43,130 bases of DNA from a virus (Duplodnaviria; Caudoviricetes). A program made the translations under genes and the position numbers. This document shows, in pieces, positions 27,238 to 35,219 of the stretch. Positions within the stretch are counted from its first letter, which is position 1. Each line of letters begins with the position of its first letter. The DNA is taken from positions 1 through 43,130 of the IMG/VR virus record IMGVR_UViG_3300044645_001189, one strand, 5' to 3'. The notes under the pieces were generated by a model. The model had not been told where the DNA came from, did not search any database, and was given only the letters and a program-made list of their open reading frames with translations.

Positions 27238-28022
27238 AAAAACTTAACATCAACAGCATCATCATTGACAAGGGCACCCAGAGCAGGGCCGCGATCAGCG
27301 AGGACACCGTTACCGACTACGCCGAAGCTATGTCAGCGGGCGACGAGTTCCCGCCTGTCATCACGTTCTTCGACGGGGTTGAATATTACTTGGCCGATGG
27401 CTTCCACAGGTTGCATGCCGTCAAGCGCTTGGGAAAGACCTCCATCCAAGCCGATGTGCGTACCGGAACTTTGAGGGATGCCATCCTGTACAGCCTGGGC
27501 GCGAACCGGGACCACGGCCTGCGTCGGAGCAATGCCGACAAACGCAAGTGCGTTCAAACTTTGCTGGATGACTTTGAGTGGGGCGACCTCAGTGTGAACG
27601 AGATGGCCCGCATCTGTGGCGTTTCACCCCAGCTTGTAACTGCTGTCAAGTTGGAGATGGACGGTGGCGAGAAGGTCAGCACCGTTAAAACTAACGCTCC
27701 GAAGAAGCCCGCCAAGTTGAACAACGTGGTTGAAGCCCCGTTGGAACCGACAAATTTAGCGCCCGAGCGGGACGAAGCGGTGCAAGAACTGGTGGCCGAG
27801 AACCAGCGCCTGAGCGACCGGCTTGCGGTGGAAGCAATGGAAGCAAGCGAGGAGGAGAAGCAAGCGGCAGGCGAAACCATCTCAGAACTGCGGGAGCAGA
27901 TCCGCATCTTGGAGATTGAGAACCAGTCTCTGAAGATCAGCCGGGACACCTTCCAGCGGGAGAACGCTGAACTGAAGAAGACCGTGGCATCCCTGCAGCG
28001 CAAGCTGAAGAAGGAAGAGTAA
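27234..28022 (+). CDS. ParB/Srx N-terminal domain protein with HTH and coiled coil
   Basis: TQSR...YAEAM...FPPV...LADGFHRLHA...ANRDHGLRRSNADKR. Confidence 0.85.
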   Translation: MKKLNINSIIIDKGTQSRAAISEDTVTDYAEAMSAGDEFPPVITFFDGVEYYLADGFHRLHAVKRLGKTSIQADVRTGTLRDAILYSLGANRDHGLRRSNADKRKCVQTLLDDFEWGDLSVNEMARICGVSPQLVTAVKLEMDGGEKVSTVKTNAPKKPAKLNNVVEAPLEPTNLAPERDEAVQELVAENQRLSDRLAVEAMEASEEEKQAAGETISELREQIRILEIENQSLKISRDTFQRENAELKKTVASLQRKLKKEE

Positions 28023-28066
28023 CCCACAGCCCACGCTGGCGGGCTTGTATGCCAGCAGGAGAACAC

Positions 28067-29527
28067 ATGCTAGAACTACGCGACTACCAAGACGCAGCGT
28101 TAGATATGCTGCGCGAGGCTTTCAAAGACGGGCACAAAGCGATCCTTCTGTACCTTGCCACAGGTGGTGGGAAAACAGAGATCGCTATCGCCATGCTTGA
28201 AGCCTGCCGGGCCAAAGGCACCCGAGCGGCGATGCTGCTTGACCGGATCGTTCTGTGCGATCAAACATCCCAGCGCCTGGACAAGTACAAAATTGACCAC
28301 GGGGTTCTCCAGTCTGGACACTGGAGATATCGGCCACATGAACTGATTCAAGTCTGTTCGGCGCAGACAATCGAGAAGCGCGGAGAGTTCCCCGGCCTCT
28401 CCCTTCTCATCATCGACGAAGCTCATAATTCCCGTGCTGCTACGTTGGAGTTCATCAAGAATAACCCGCATGTAAAAGTCATCGGGCTTACAGCGACACC
28501 CTTCACGAAGGGGCTCGGCGCTACATATTCCCATGTCGTATCCCCCATTACCACGAAGAAACTGGTAGAGGCTGGCTCTCTCGTTCCCCTCCGCGTGTTC
28601 ATCGCCAAGGAGATTGACATGGAAGGGGCCAAGAAAGTAGCTGGGGAATGGTCACAGGATGAAGTTACCTCACGCGGCAAGAAGATCACGGGAGATATTG
28701 TTGCTGAGTGGGTGAAGAAAACCCATGAAGTATTCGGCAAGCCCGAGAAAACTATCGTGTTTTGTGCGGGGGTAGATCATGGTATTGATTTACAACAGAA
28801 GTTCCAAGAGCAGGGATATAACTTTGTATCAATATCCTACCGTGATGATAATGATTTCAAGCGGGATATTATTGATGACTTCAATAAACCAGATTCAGAT
28901 ATTGTCGGGTTAATTGCTACGGATATCCTTACCAAGGGTTTCGACAGTCCTGCTGTAAAGATTGGAGTATCTGCGCGGCCATTCAGTAAATCATTGTCGT
29001 CACATATCCAGCAAATGGGTAGAGTGATGCGGACACACCCTGGAAAAACTTTCGGGTTGTGGCTTGACCATTCGGGCAATTACCTCCGGTTCAGAGAAGA
29101 CTGGGAGGATGTATTTGAAAACGGTGTAAGTGAACTGGAGGACGGCAAGGAGAAGACCAAGCAGGAACCCGACGAGAAGGAGAAGAAAGAAGCAAAGTGC
29201 CCTGCTTGCGGTGCCCTGTGGCCCCGTGGTTCAGATACCTGCACGAACTGCGGGCATGTGCGTGAGCGTAAGAGTGCAGTCGTTTCTGTCCCAGGCCAGA
29301 TGGAAGAACTGGGTTCCATGTCCCGCGATGACAAACAAGCGTGGTGGTCGATGGCGCAGTACAAAGTGCAGACAGGATCGTGGTCAGACAAACGTGCTCT
29401 TGCGAATTACAGGGAGCGCTACGGTGTGTGGCCCCGTGGTTTACATGAGAGGCCGCTGCTGCCGAGCAGGGAGTTTGAATCGTTTGCGATCAAGAGCATT
29501 CGTAAGTTTCTGAAAAGCAAGCGATGA
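28067..29527 (+). CDS. SF2 DExH helicase with C-terminal zinc ribbon (RadD/YejH-like)
   Basis: LRDYQ, ATGGGKT, IIDEAH, GLTATP, QQMGRVMR, CPAC...CTNC. Confidence 0.93.
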   Translation: MLELRDYQDAALDMLREAFKDGHKAILLYLATGGGKTEIAIAMLEACRAKGTRAAMLLDRIVLCDQTSQRLDKYKIDHGVLQSGHWRYRPHELIQVCSAQTIEKRGEFPGLSLLIIDEAHNSRAATLEFIKNNPHVKVIGLTATPFTKGLGATYSHVVSPITTKKLVEAGSLVPLRVFIAKEIDMEGAKKVAGEWSQDEVTSRGKKITGDIVAEWVKKTHEVFGKPEKTIVFCAGVDHGIDLQQKFQEQGYNFVSISYRDDNDFKRDIIDDFNKPDSDIVGLIATDILTKGFDSPAVKIGVSARPFSKSLSSHIQQMGRVMRTHPGKTFGLWLDHSGNYLRFREDWEDVFENGVSELEDGKEKTKQEPDEKEKKEAKCPACGALWPRGSDTCTNCGHVRERKSAVVSVPGQMEELGSMSRDDKQAWWSMAQYKVQTGSWSDKRALANYRERYGVWPRGLHERPLLPSREFESFAIKSIRKFLKSKR

Positions 29528-30342
29528 ACTTCCTAGACTTCTGCCGATTGCACGGCATCCTTATTGACCATCTCCCTCCCGTTGGCCTTTGGAGACGGTA
29601 TCCCACTGAGGACAAACCCCGCCACAAGAACGGAGCAGTCAAGTGGATGCTTGACCACGGCTTCGTACAGAATCACGCCACAGAATTGAGCGTGAGTGTC
29701 TGGAAACCTGATGAGCCCGTAAAAATTAACAGGCGCGACCTAGCAGAACAGGCACACCGTGCGGCGCAGGACACAGCCCGCAGACAGGTAGAAGCGGCAC
29801 GCAAAGCCGCTTGGATACTGCATCAGTGCCAGTATGCATCACATCCTTACCTAAAAGCCAAGGGCTTCCCTGACGAAGTTGGGAATGTTTGGGTTCGGGA
29901 AGGTGAGCATCTGTTGGTGATCCCCATGCGGATCGGCCAGAGGTTGGTGGGCGTCCAACTGATTGACTCCGAGGGCGGGAAGAAGTTTCTGTCGGGTCAG
30001 GTCACGGGCGGCGCGGAGTATGTGATAGATAACAAGGGTCCGAACTTCTTGTGCGAAGGGTACGCCACGGCCTTGAGCCTGCGCCTGATTTTGAAGAACT
30101 GGAAACGTCGCTATACGATTCACTGCTGCTTCAGTGCAGGTAACCTACTCAAAATCGCGCAGACCCTGCCAGGGGGCTACGTCATCGCAGACAACGATGC
30201 TTCAGGGACCGGGGAGCGGGTAGCCCGTGAGATAGGCTGGCCGTACTGGATGAGCGATCAGCTAGGTGACTGCAACGACCACCACCTACGGGAAGGACTG
30301 TTCCGCACGGGGCAGTCAGTCCTGCGGGCGCTCAAAATTTAG
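29524..30342 (+). CDS. TOPRIM-domain primase-like protein
   Basis: HPYLKAKG, LVIPM, QLI...GGKKFL, CEGYATALS, AGNL, IADND, DCND. Confidence 0.85.
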   Translation: MNFLDFCRLHGILIDHLPPVGLWRRYPTEDKPRHKNGAVKWMLDHGFVQNHATELSVSVWKPDEPVKINRRDLAEQAHRAAQDTARRQVEAARKAAWILHQCQYASHPYLKAKGFPDEVGNVWVREGEHLLVIPMRIGQRLVGVQLIDSEGGKKFLSGQVTGGAEYVIDNKGPNFLCEGYATALSLRLILKNWKRRYTIHCCFSAGNLLKIAQTLPGGYVIADNDASGTGERVAREIGWPYWMSDQLGDCNDHHLREGLFRTGQSVLRALKI

Positions 30343-30530
30343 TGCTTCCCAGCACTCAAGGTAGGCATGTCCACCGTGAAAACCTCGGGGTGCTGCATCT
30401 CCAGATATGAGAGATGCCCCAAAATTTGCAGGCCGAGAGCCAGGACTTGCTCATCCCGGCCCACGGCATCTGATCGGATGGTGATCTGGTCACCCTCTTG
30501 TACGAGGGTGATGTTGACTACGGTGGTCAA
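30339..30530 (-). CDS. Hypothetical protein
   Basis: Probable TTG start overlapping the upstream TGA. Confidence 0.45.
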   Translation of the reverse strand: MTTVVNITLVQEGDQITIRSDAVGRDEQVLALGLQILGHLSYLEMQHPEVFTVDMPTLSAGKH

Positions 30531-30685
30531 CGGCAGGTAGTGTTGCAGGTCCGGAAATGTCCCGTGCCCATGCAGCACTCGGTACAGTAGTACGTCTTCC
30601 CGTTGATGGTGTAGGTGAACGACCTGCACTCAGCTTGGGCAGCGGTGGCCCACAGCAGGGCAAGGGTGACGGCGATAGCTTTCAT
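30527..30685 (-). CDS. Small secreted Cys-rich protein
   Basis: CAGGAG RBS; signal peptide MKAIAVTLALLWATAAQA; six Cys in a 34-aa mature part. Confidence 0.7.
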   Translation of the reverse strand: MKAIAVTLALLWATAAQAECRSFTYTINGKTYYCTECCMGTGHFRTCNTTCR

Positions 30686-30744
30686 GGTGATCTCCTGTTT
30701 GCCGAAAGTGGCAGTGAATGTTGCCATGCCTTAGCGTGTAGTGC

Positions 30745-30768
30745 AACACTGTGAATTTTTACAGTGTT
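30745..30768. promoter_or_regulatory. Inverted repeat AACACTGT-N8-ACAGTGTT next to a possible leftward promoter
   Basis: Perfect 8-bp arms; minus-strand TTGCAC-17-CAACAT overlaps its edge. Confidence 0.4.
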
Positions 30769-31432
30769 ACTCAAAGAGTGCAGACTGCCTTTGGGCGTTC
30801 TCAATCCTTCTGCAGGCCGTACTGAAGTGCCTCTCATCAATTTCACACCCAGTGAACCTGCGGCCAGTGGTTACGCAGGCCACGCCAGTTGACCCGCTGC
30901 CCATGAACGGATCAAAAACCATCTGATCTGTGGCAACTTTTGCCATGTCAAGACACCATTGCATCAATGCAATTGGCTTCTGAGTAGGGTGAGCCACGGT
31001 CTTTCCGTCATTTTCGGCTTGTCTTGATGGAGGTGGGAACTGCTTTCGGAAAGCATACACACCGTGACCTCCTTTCATCCATCCAATTTCGCAGTCACTC
31101 AGCCAAGTACCGAAAAGATGGTCTGCTTTCTTGAGCCATACCAAAGTCGTTCCAACTGGTAGTCTTTGAGCATAGTGATTGCTGCCCCACAAAACTACAC
31201 GAGGGAACGCAAGCCACGGCGAAGGGTCAAAGTCCGTTGAATCCCCTTGAATCACCCCCCAGTCACTTCGCCCCGCGCCGCGCTTCACATCCCCGCCACT
31301 GAAGCGAGTGCTATCAGTATCGTAAGCCATGCCATAAGGCGGGTCACTTATCAAAGCGTCAGCACAAACACCCTGCAGGTCTCGGTTATCACCAAAGTAC
31401 AGAGTGGCAAGACCTATTTGTTCAACTTTCAC
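30767..31432 (-). CDS. Beta-class N6-adenine/N4-cytosine DNA methyltransferase
   Basis: SDPPY, HPTQKP, DPFMGSGSTG, GCEID; no neighbouring restriction enzyme gene seen. Confidence 0.93.
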   Translation of the reverse strand: MKVEQIGLATLYFGDNRDLQGVCADALISDPPYGMAYDTDSTRFSGGDVKRGAGRSDWGVIQGDSTDFDPSPWLAFPRVVLWGSNHYAQRLPVGTTLVWLKKADHLFGTWLSDCEIGWMKGGHGVYAFRKQFPPPSRQAENDGKTVAHPTQKPIALMQWCLDMAKVATDQMVFDPFMGSGSTGVACVTTGRRFTGCEIDERHFSTACRRIENAQRQSALFE

Positions 31433-31819
31433 TGCGCTACTCCAAAATGGTGGAAGTAGGAAACCGTTCGGCAATACCATGCCTAAGTCCACCGAAGTGA
31501 ACTCAGGCGCATTCCAAATATGGAGCCAAGTGAGGTTTCCCTATTCGGATGGGAGTCTAGGCAACTGCTCCCACTTCCAGACTTTCCGCTGATGCCAGCG
31601 TCTGCAACGGCTCTGGAACCAACATCTCCGCTGCGGCCTAAGCTACAGGTTCCCCATTGGCGACCTACCCCTGCGCCTGCATCTTCTGTGCGCTCTCGCC
31701 CCAAGCCAGAACGTAGTAGGGTGGTGCAGACCGGCCTACATCGCACTGCGGGGCATCCACCCCTGCGACTTCCTCCGGTTACCCCGTGCCACCCAGAACC
31801 CGATAGACTCTTGAAGCAT

Positions 31820-31987
31820 GGCACGACAGAAAAGCAAAAACCCTTATTGAGAGATACGGGCTTTAGGCTTGGCTGCCGCAACATGGTTGGTCACAACCCC
31901 TTCCATGCGCTTTGACGAAGCCCGCCCCCTCAATAAGGGTTCGGTTTCGCAGTTGTGTGCTGCTGACGGGTGCCACCCCGACAGGTG
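31820..31987 (-). ncRNA. Structured leader / attenuator RNA (c4-antisense-like architecture)
   Basis: 13-bp inverted repeat 31839-31851 / 31929-31941 with inner stems and a T-rich tail on the minus strand; 5' hairpin with a GTGGCAC loop region; directly after a consensus promoter. Confidence 0.5.
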
Positions 31988-31992
31988 GACGG

Positions 31993-32022
31993 ATTATAGG
32001 TCAGTCCTTTGAGTGGTGTCAA
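31993..32022 (-). promoter_or_regulatory. Consensus sigma70 promoter TTGACA-N18-TATAAT
   Basis: Perfect hexamers; the spacer contains the array junction motif AAAGGACTGACCTAT. Confidence 0.85.
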
Positions 32023-32026
32023 GCGT

Positions 32027-32048
32027 AAAAAAGCCCGCCGAAGCGGGC
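32027..32048 (-). terminator. Intrinsic terminator of the early array
   Basis: GCCCGC-TTCG-GCGGGC followed by T6. Confidence 0.88.
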
Positions 32049-32053
32049 AGCGG

Positions 32054-32305
32054 TCACTTCTCAATTTTGGAGAGAAATTTATGCGCCTTGTATAGCCGTT
32101 CGTTGTCCATTCCGACGTTGCCGTGCTCAAGGACATGAAATTCTAGGGAGGCCATGACAGAGCGCAGATGCTGTTCCAGTTCATCGCGCTCGGCTCTTAG
32201 TTCTTTGAACGCGATGTTGTCGCGGGCGCGGGCCTGCTCCAGTTCGATCACGCGGTCGATTCCGTTGCGGGCGATATTAATTACGCCCTGAACACCAGTT
32301 TCCAT
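32054..32305 (-). CDS. Hypothetical protein
   Basis: AGGAGAAACCTATG start; flanked by a 21-bp direct repeat. Confidence 0.7.
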   Translation of the reverse strand: METGVQGVINIARNGIDRVIELEQARARDNIAFKELRAERDELEQHLRSVMASLEFHVLEHGNVGMDNERLYKAHKFLSKIEK

Positions 32306-32353
32306 AGGTTTCTCCTGTGTTTAAGGCCGCCGAAGCGGGCAGCGGTCCATAGG

Positions 32354-32581
32354 TCACTCCTCAGCCCGTGCGATAGCTGCGCGTGCGGCGTCTTCAACGG
32401 TGCTGGGGGACACGCCACCATACACACCCATACGCAGAGCGAGCTTTGCTACCTCCAACAGTTCCGCGTTCACTGTGCTCAGTCGGCGAAGTTCAGCAGC
32501 GGCTTTATACGCCACAACATCCCCAGCGTAATCAATGCCAAGGTCATCAGCCAGTCTCTCGGCTTTGGTTTGTTCAGTCAT
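32354..32581 (-). CDS. Hypothetical protein, paralog of the 24396-24644 module
   Basis: MTEQTKAERLAD...AAAELRRL...LLE...AAIARAE. Confidence 0.75.
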   Translation of the reverse strand: MTEQTKAERLADDLGIDYAGDVVAYKAAAELRRLSTVNAELLEVAKLALRMGVYGGVSPSTVEDAARAAIARAEE

Positions 32582-32790
32582 GTTCCCTCCTTAGGCATAC
32601 GGGCAAAGAACCTCCCGCCCGTAAAAATTATGCGCCTCTCCGTGGTTCCGTCAACTTCGGGACAACCCTTAAACCGCACTTCCTCACCGTTCCTGACGGC
32701 TTCCCGTTCGGCGCGGGTCAGTCCACTGACACGGCGAGCACCCTTTTCAGCGCCCCATCGGGCGCAGCGGGCAGTGGTTGAATAGAGCAT
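32578..32790 (-). CDS. Hypothetical protein (array gene)
   Basis: Starts at a junction repeat. Confidence 0.65.
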   Translation of the reverse strand: MLYSTTARCARWGAEKGARRVSGLTRAEREAVRNGEEVRFKGCPEVDGTTERRIIFTGGRFFARMPKEGT

Positions 32791-32793
32791 AGG

Positions 32794-33048
32794 TCAGTCC
32801 TCCACGGCGACAGCACCGAAGTAGTGCAATCCGCCGTCGCCCACGATTACGAAAAGCCTGTCCGGCTCGTTTCTGACTCGGCCCCGGATATCCTCTGCGC
32901 CTGCTGGCAGTGGCTCTCCGTCCAGAATCTCGGTGGCGTCAGTGTCGGCCAGCAGATCGGTCAGGGTGTTATAAACATCCCCCCGCTCACCGGGTTGAAA
33001 TTGCCCAAAGCCCGAAGGGCAGCGGTTGATCGAAACGTATTGCCACAT
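32794..33048 (-). CDS. Hypothetical protein (array gene)
   Basis: Starts and ends (ED*) in junction repeats. Confidence 0.7.
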   Translation of the reverse strand: MWQYVSINRCPSGFGQFQPGERGDVYNTLTDLLADTDATEILDGEPLPAGAEDIRGRVRNEPDRLFVIVGDGGLHYFGAVAVED

Positions 33049-33051
33049 AGG

Positions 33052-33264
33052 TCAGTCCTCCAAAAGGGACCAAGCATCCTCTAGGGCGGCTTGGTGGTCT
33101 AGGTCTAGGTCATCCTCGATTTGCTCCAGCGCCCATCGAAGGGCGGCTTCGAGGTGCTCGATATGGGCACGGGTGAGCACGCGGGCACGGCGGGCTTCCC
33201 AGCGTTCGTCGGCTAGTTCTGAGGGGGTCAACGGGCGGTCAGGATCAAGGCAGGGGATTTCCAT
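33052..33264 (-). CDS. Hypothetical protein (array gene)
   Basis: Starts and ends (ED*) in junction repeats. Confidence 0.7.
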   Translation of the reverse strand: MEIPCLDPDRPLTPSELADERWEARRARVLTRAHIEHLEAALRWALEQIEDDLDLDHQAALEDAWSLLED

Positions 33265-33267
33265 AGG

Positions 33268-33480
33268 TCAGTCCTTCAAGAAAGCCAAAATTTCACGCTC
33301 CAGCGCCGCAGTGGCAGGGGAGGTGCCAAGGCGAACGGTGCCGCCGGGGATATCCCGGTGATCCCACTGGCAGGGCCAGCATTTCACCCACACTGCGCCA
33401 AGTCGGTCCACCTCCAGCGCGAATGCGCCGGGATAGATTTCCTGTGCGCGGCTCAAGAATTCCACGTTTTGAACGTACAT
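33268..33480 (-). CDS. Hypothetical protein (array gene)
   Basis: Starts and ends (KD*) in junction repeats. Confidence 0.7.
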   Translation of the reverse strand: MYVQNVEFLSRAQEIYPGAFALEVDRLGAVWVKCWPCQWDHRDIPGGTVRLGTSPATAALEREILAFLKD

Positions 33481-33483
33481 AGG

Positions 33484-33783
33484 TCAGTCCTTTGAAGTGG
33501 CGCGGGCGATGGCGGCACGGGCAGCATCACGCGCATTTGCGTTTTCGACTGACCCGTAAGGGTTGATATTCGCGGCCAGTCGCAATGCCTCCAACAGCGC
33601 AGGCGCGGCGGCAATCAATCGAGCGTTAGCTTCAGCCTGTTGAGCGTCACGTTTCCACAGTGCTTCAACACTTAGATTGTTTACAGTGCAGATATGCTGG
33701 TGATGGACGCCGGGGGAATGAATGTCGAATTGGCGGTGCGTCAGGCTATCGCCCACGTAATGCCACGGTCCAGGGGTATGCAT
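33484..33783 (-). CDS. Hypothetical phage protein (HTPGPW...ANARLIAAAP family)
   Basis: Recognisable phage small-protein motifs; bounded by junction repeats. Confidence 0.8.
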   Translation of the reverse strand: MHTPGPWHYVGDSLTHRQFDIHSPGVHHQHICTVNNLSVEALWKRDAQQAEANARLIAAAPALLEALRLAANINPYGSVENANARDAARAAIARATSKD

Positions 33784-33852
33784 AGGTCAGTCCTTTGAAT
33801 CTGCAGGGCAACATGCCCCCATAGCCCCCGAGTGAGGGGCTATAGGTGCCGG

Positions 33853-34074
33853 TCAGTCCTTCCGCCATACGGGCATAGGCCACAATGCCCCGTGAGAATT
33901 TATAGAATAGCTGCACCCGTGGCCGTAGCCTAGACGTTCCAGGCGGGCGAACACCGCCGCACGGTAACGCGCTGCCCGTGGCGTGGAATGAAAAAGGGCA
34001 TGATTGTGCGCGGCACAAAGCCCCCATACTGTGTGCCCTGCGGGCCACAATTTACCGTTCGATTTGCGTTGCAT
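33853..34074 (-). CDS. Hypothetical protein (array gene)
   Basis: Starts at a repeat and ends KD* in a partial repeat. Confidence 0.6.
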   Translation of the reverse strand: MQRKSNGKLWPAGHTVWGLCAAHNHALFHSTPRAARYRAAVFARLERLGYGHGCSYSINSHGALWPMPVWRKD

Positions 34075-34077
34075 AGG

Positions 34078-34293
34078 TCAATCCTTCCGGCTGTTGAGCA
34101 TGCGAGCGCATGCGGTATCGTAAATTTCACGGGCGTTTTCCGATAGCGTTTCCACGCTCAGGAAAGGCGACGGCTTGAAGCTGCGGCCCAGCTTGCACAG
34201 TCGCGCATACTCGCGGGACCATTGGCCCCCGTGGCAGTGGGCTAGGGCGAGATACCATGCTTCTGCGATGTCGAAACGGTCAAAATAGGGCAT
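34078..34293 (-). CDS. Hypothetical protein (array gene)
   Basis: YFDRFDIAEAWY...HGGQWSREYARL; bounded by repeats. Confidence 0.75.
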   Translation of the reverse strand: MPYFDRFDIAEAWYLALAHCHGGQWSREYARLCKLGRSFKPSPFLSVETLSENAREIYDTACARMLNSRKD

Positions 34294-34303
34294 AGGTCAA
34301 TCC

Positions 34304-34465
34304 TCAGTAAGGGGCGGTATCAGATAGACCCCATGCGATAGCATCATCGGGGTTCTGAAAAAACGGGCATCCTGCCATCGTGAACCATCGGTTCAGGGCG
34401 TCAACCCAAATTTCAGCGCGCCACCCCTCCAAGGGTGTTTTTGCTGCGGTAATTCTTGGCTTCAC
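34304..34465 (-). CDS. 53-aa hypothetical protein (not in the ORF track)
   Basis: GGAG RBS, GTG start, MKPRITAAKTPLEGWRAEIW...GLSDTAPY*. Confidence 0.55.
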   Translation of the reverse strand: MKPRITAAKTPLEGWRAEIWVDALNRWFTMAGCPFFQNPDDAIAWGLSDTAPY

Positions 34466-34499
34466 GGGTTCTCCAAAGCGCGCAGGGCGCGCAGCAGTG

Positions 34500-34574
34500 T
34501 CAGATAACCCCCAGCAGCGCCAGCAGCAGCGCCACTAGGGAAACGATAACGAGGGCTTTGTCTTCAGTGGTCAT
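34500..34574 (-). CDS. 24-aa single-transmembrane peptide (not in the ORF track)
   Basis: MTTEDKALVIVSLVALLLALLGVI*; ATGA-coupled to the upstream gene. Confidence 0.55.
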   Translation of the reverse strand: MTTEDKALVIVSLVALLLALLGVI

Positions 34575-34867
34575 TCCGCCACCATCGCAACATTTCGCAA
34601 AATGTCCGAATGAGTAGAGTCATTCGGCGCGATCATTTCCCAATAGGTGGACTCGTCACCGGACCCGATGCGCGCAGCCCACGTGTGGAGGTTTGCGGTT
34701 TCGCACTCGATGACCATGAAGGTTTCAGAATCTACGCGGCGTGTCCAGTGTGCAGGGGGCAACACTTCCAGCAGGTGCCAGAACCGATCACGGGTAATCT
34801 GGCGGGCGGGTTCTCCATTGTTGCGGCGCATGGCCTCATAGCGGGCGGCGGTTTCAGCGTAGCTCAT
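34571..34867 (-). CDS. DUF1419-like protein
   Basis: ITRDRFWHLLEVLPP...FMVIE motif. Confidence 0.55.
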   Translation of the reverse strand: MSYAETAARYEAMRRNNGEPARQITRDRFWHLLEVLPPAHWTRRVDSETFMVIECETANLHTWAARIGSGDESTYWEMIAPNDSTHSDILRNVAMVAE

Positions 34868-35145
34868 GCTGCCCCCTTCATTTCCAGGCCAAGCAACATG
34901 GCATGGATACGATCATGAAGATCACGCGCAGACATGTGATAACCGAAAGGGTCAGACACTGCGCCGCCATCGTTGACCATGCGGTGAAGGGCAAAGCCCC
35001 CATAAGCACAGTCTAGATGCCAGCATCCAAGCTGCGGGTGAAAACGACCATCGTCTCCCTTGGTGTAAGGTTCAACGGGTGAACCCGTGGCGCGGTTCAG
35101 GCGCGCGATGATGGCGTGTAGATCGGTCTTCGTGATTCGTGACAT
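34864..35145 (-). CDS. Hypothetical phage protein
   Basis: AGGAG RBS; MSRITKTDL...HLDCAYGG...GG. Confidence 0.75.
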   Translation of the reverse strand: MSRITKTDLHAIIARLNRATGSPVEPYTKGDDGRFHPQLGCWHLDCAYGGFALHRMVNDGGAVSDPFGYHMSARDLHDRIHAMLLGLEMKGAA

Positions 35146-35219
35146 GATGGCTCTCCTGATGTTGCGATGGCCGATAGCTGGCTCATCCCATAGGGGCCGA
35201 AAGCCCCTAGGCGGATGAG

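Larger units (their letters stand above)
31996..34304 (-). repeat. Dispersed 14-bp junction repeat AGGACTGACCTATG (plus strand CATAGGTCAGTCCT)
   Basis: Exact at 32788, 33046, 33262, 33478, 33781; one mismatch at 32348, 34072, 34291; diverged at 32303; partial at 33851; promoter copy at 31996. Confidence 0.95.

Noticed and set aside
30767-31432. Restriction-modification system
   Set aside because: No adjacent endonuclease gene; orphan methyltransferases are common in phages.
31483-31915. The 133-aa (-) and 131-aa (+) ORFs as real genes
   Set aside because: Composition is not protein-like, no clear RBS, and they overlap a strongly structured region.
31996-34304. CRISPR array or integron attC array
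   Set aside because: Repeats are only 14 bp, the intervening units are whole 200-300 bp genes, there is no attC-like inverted structure, and no cas1/cas2 or tyrosine integrase is in the window.
17293-34878. 15-bp identity TCATGCTGCCCCCTT at 17293 and 34864
   Set aside because: Only two distant copies of a common RBS + ATGA coupling (KGAA*); not enough to call a repeat family.
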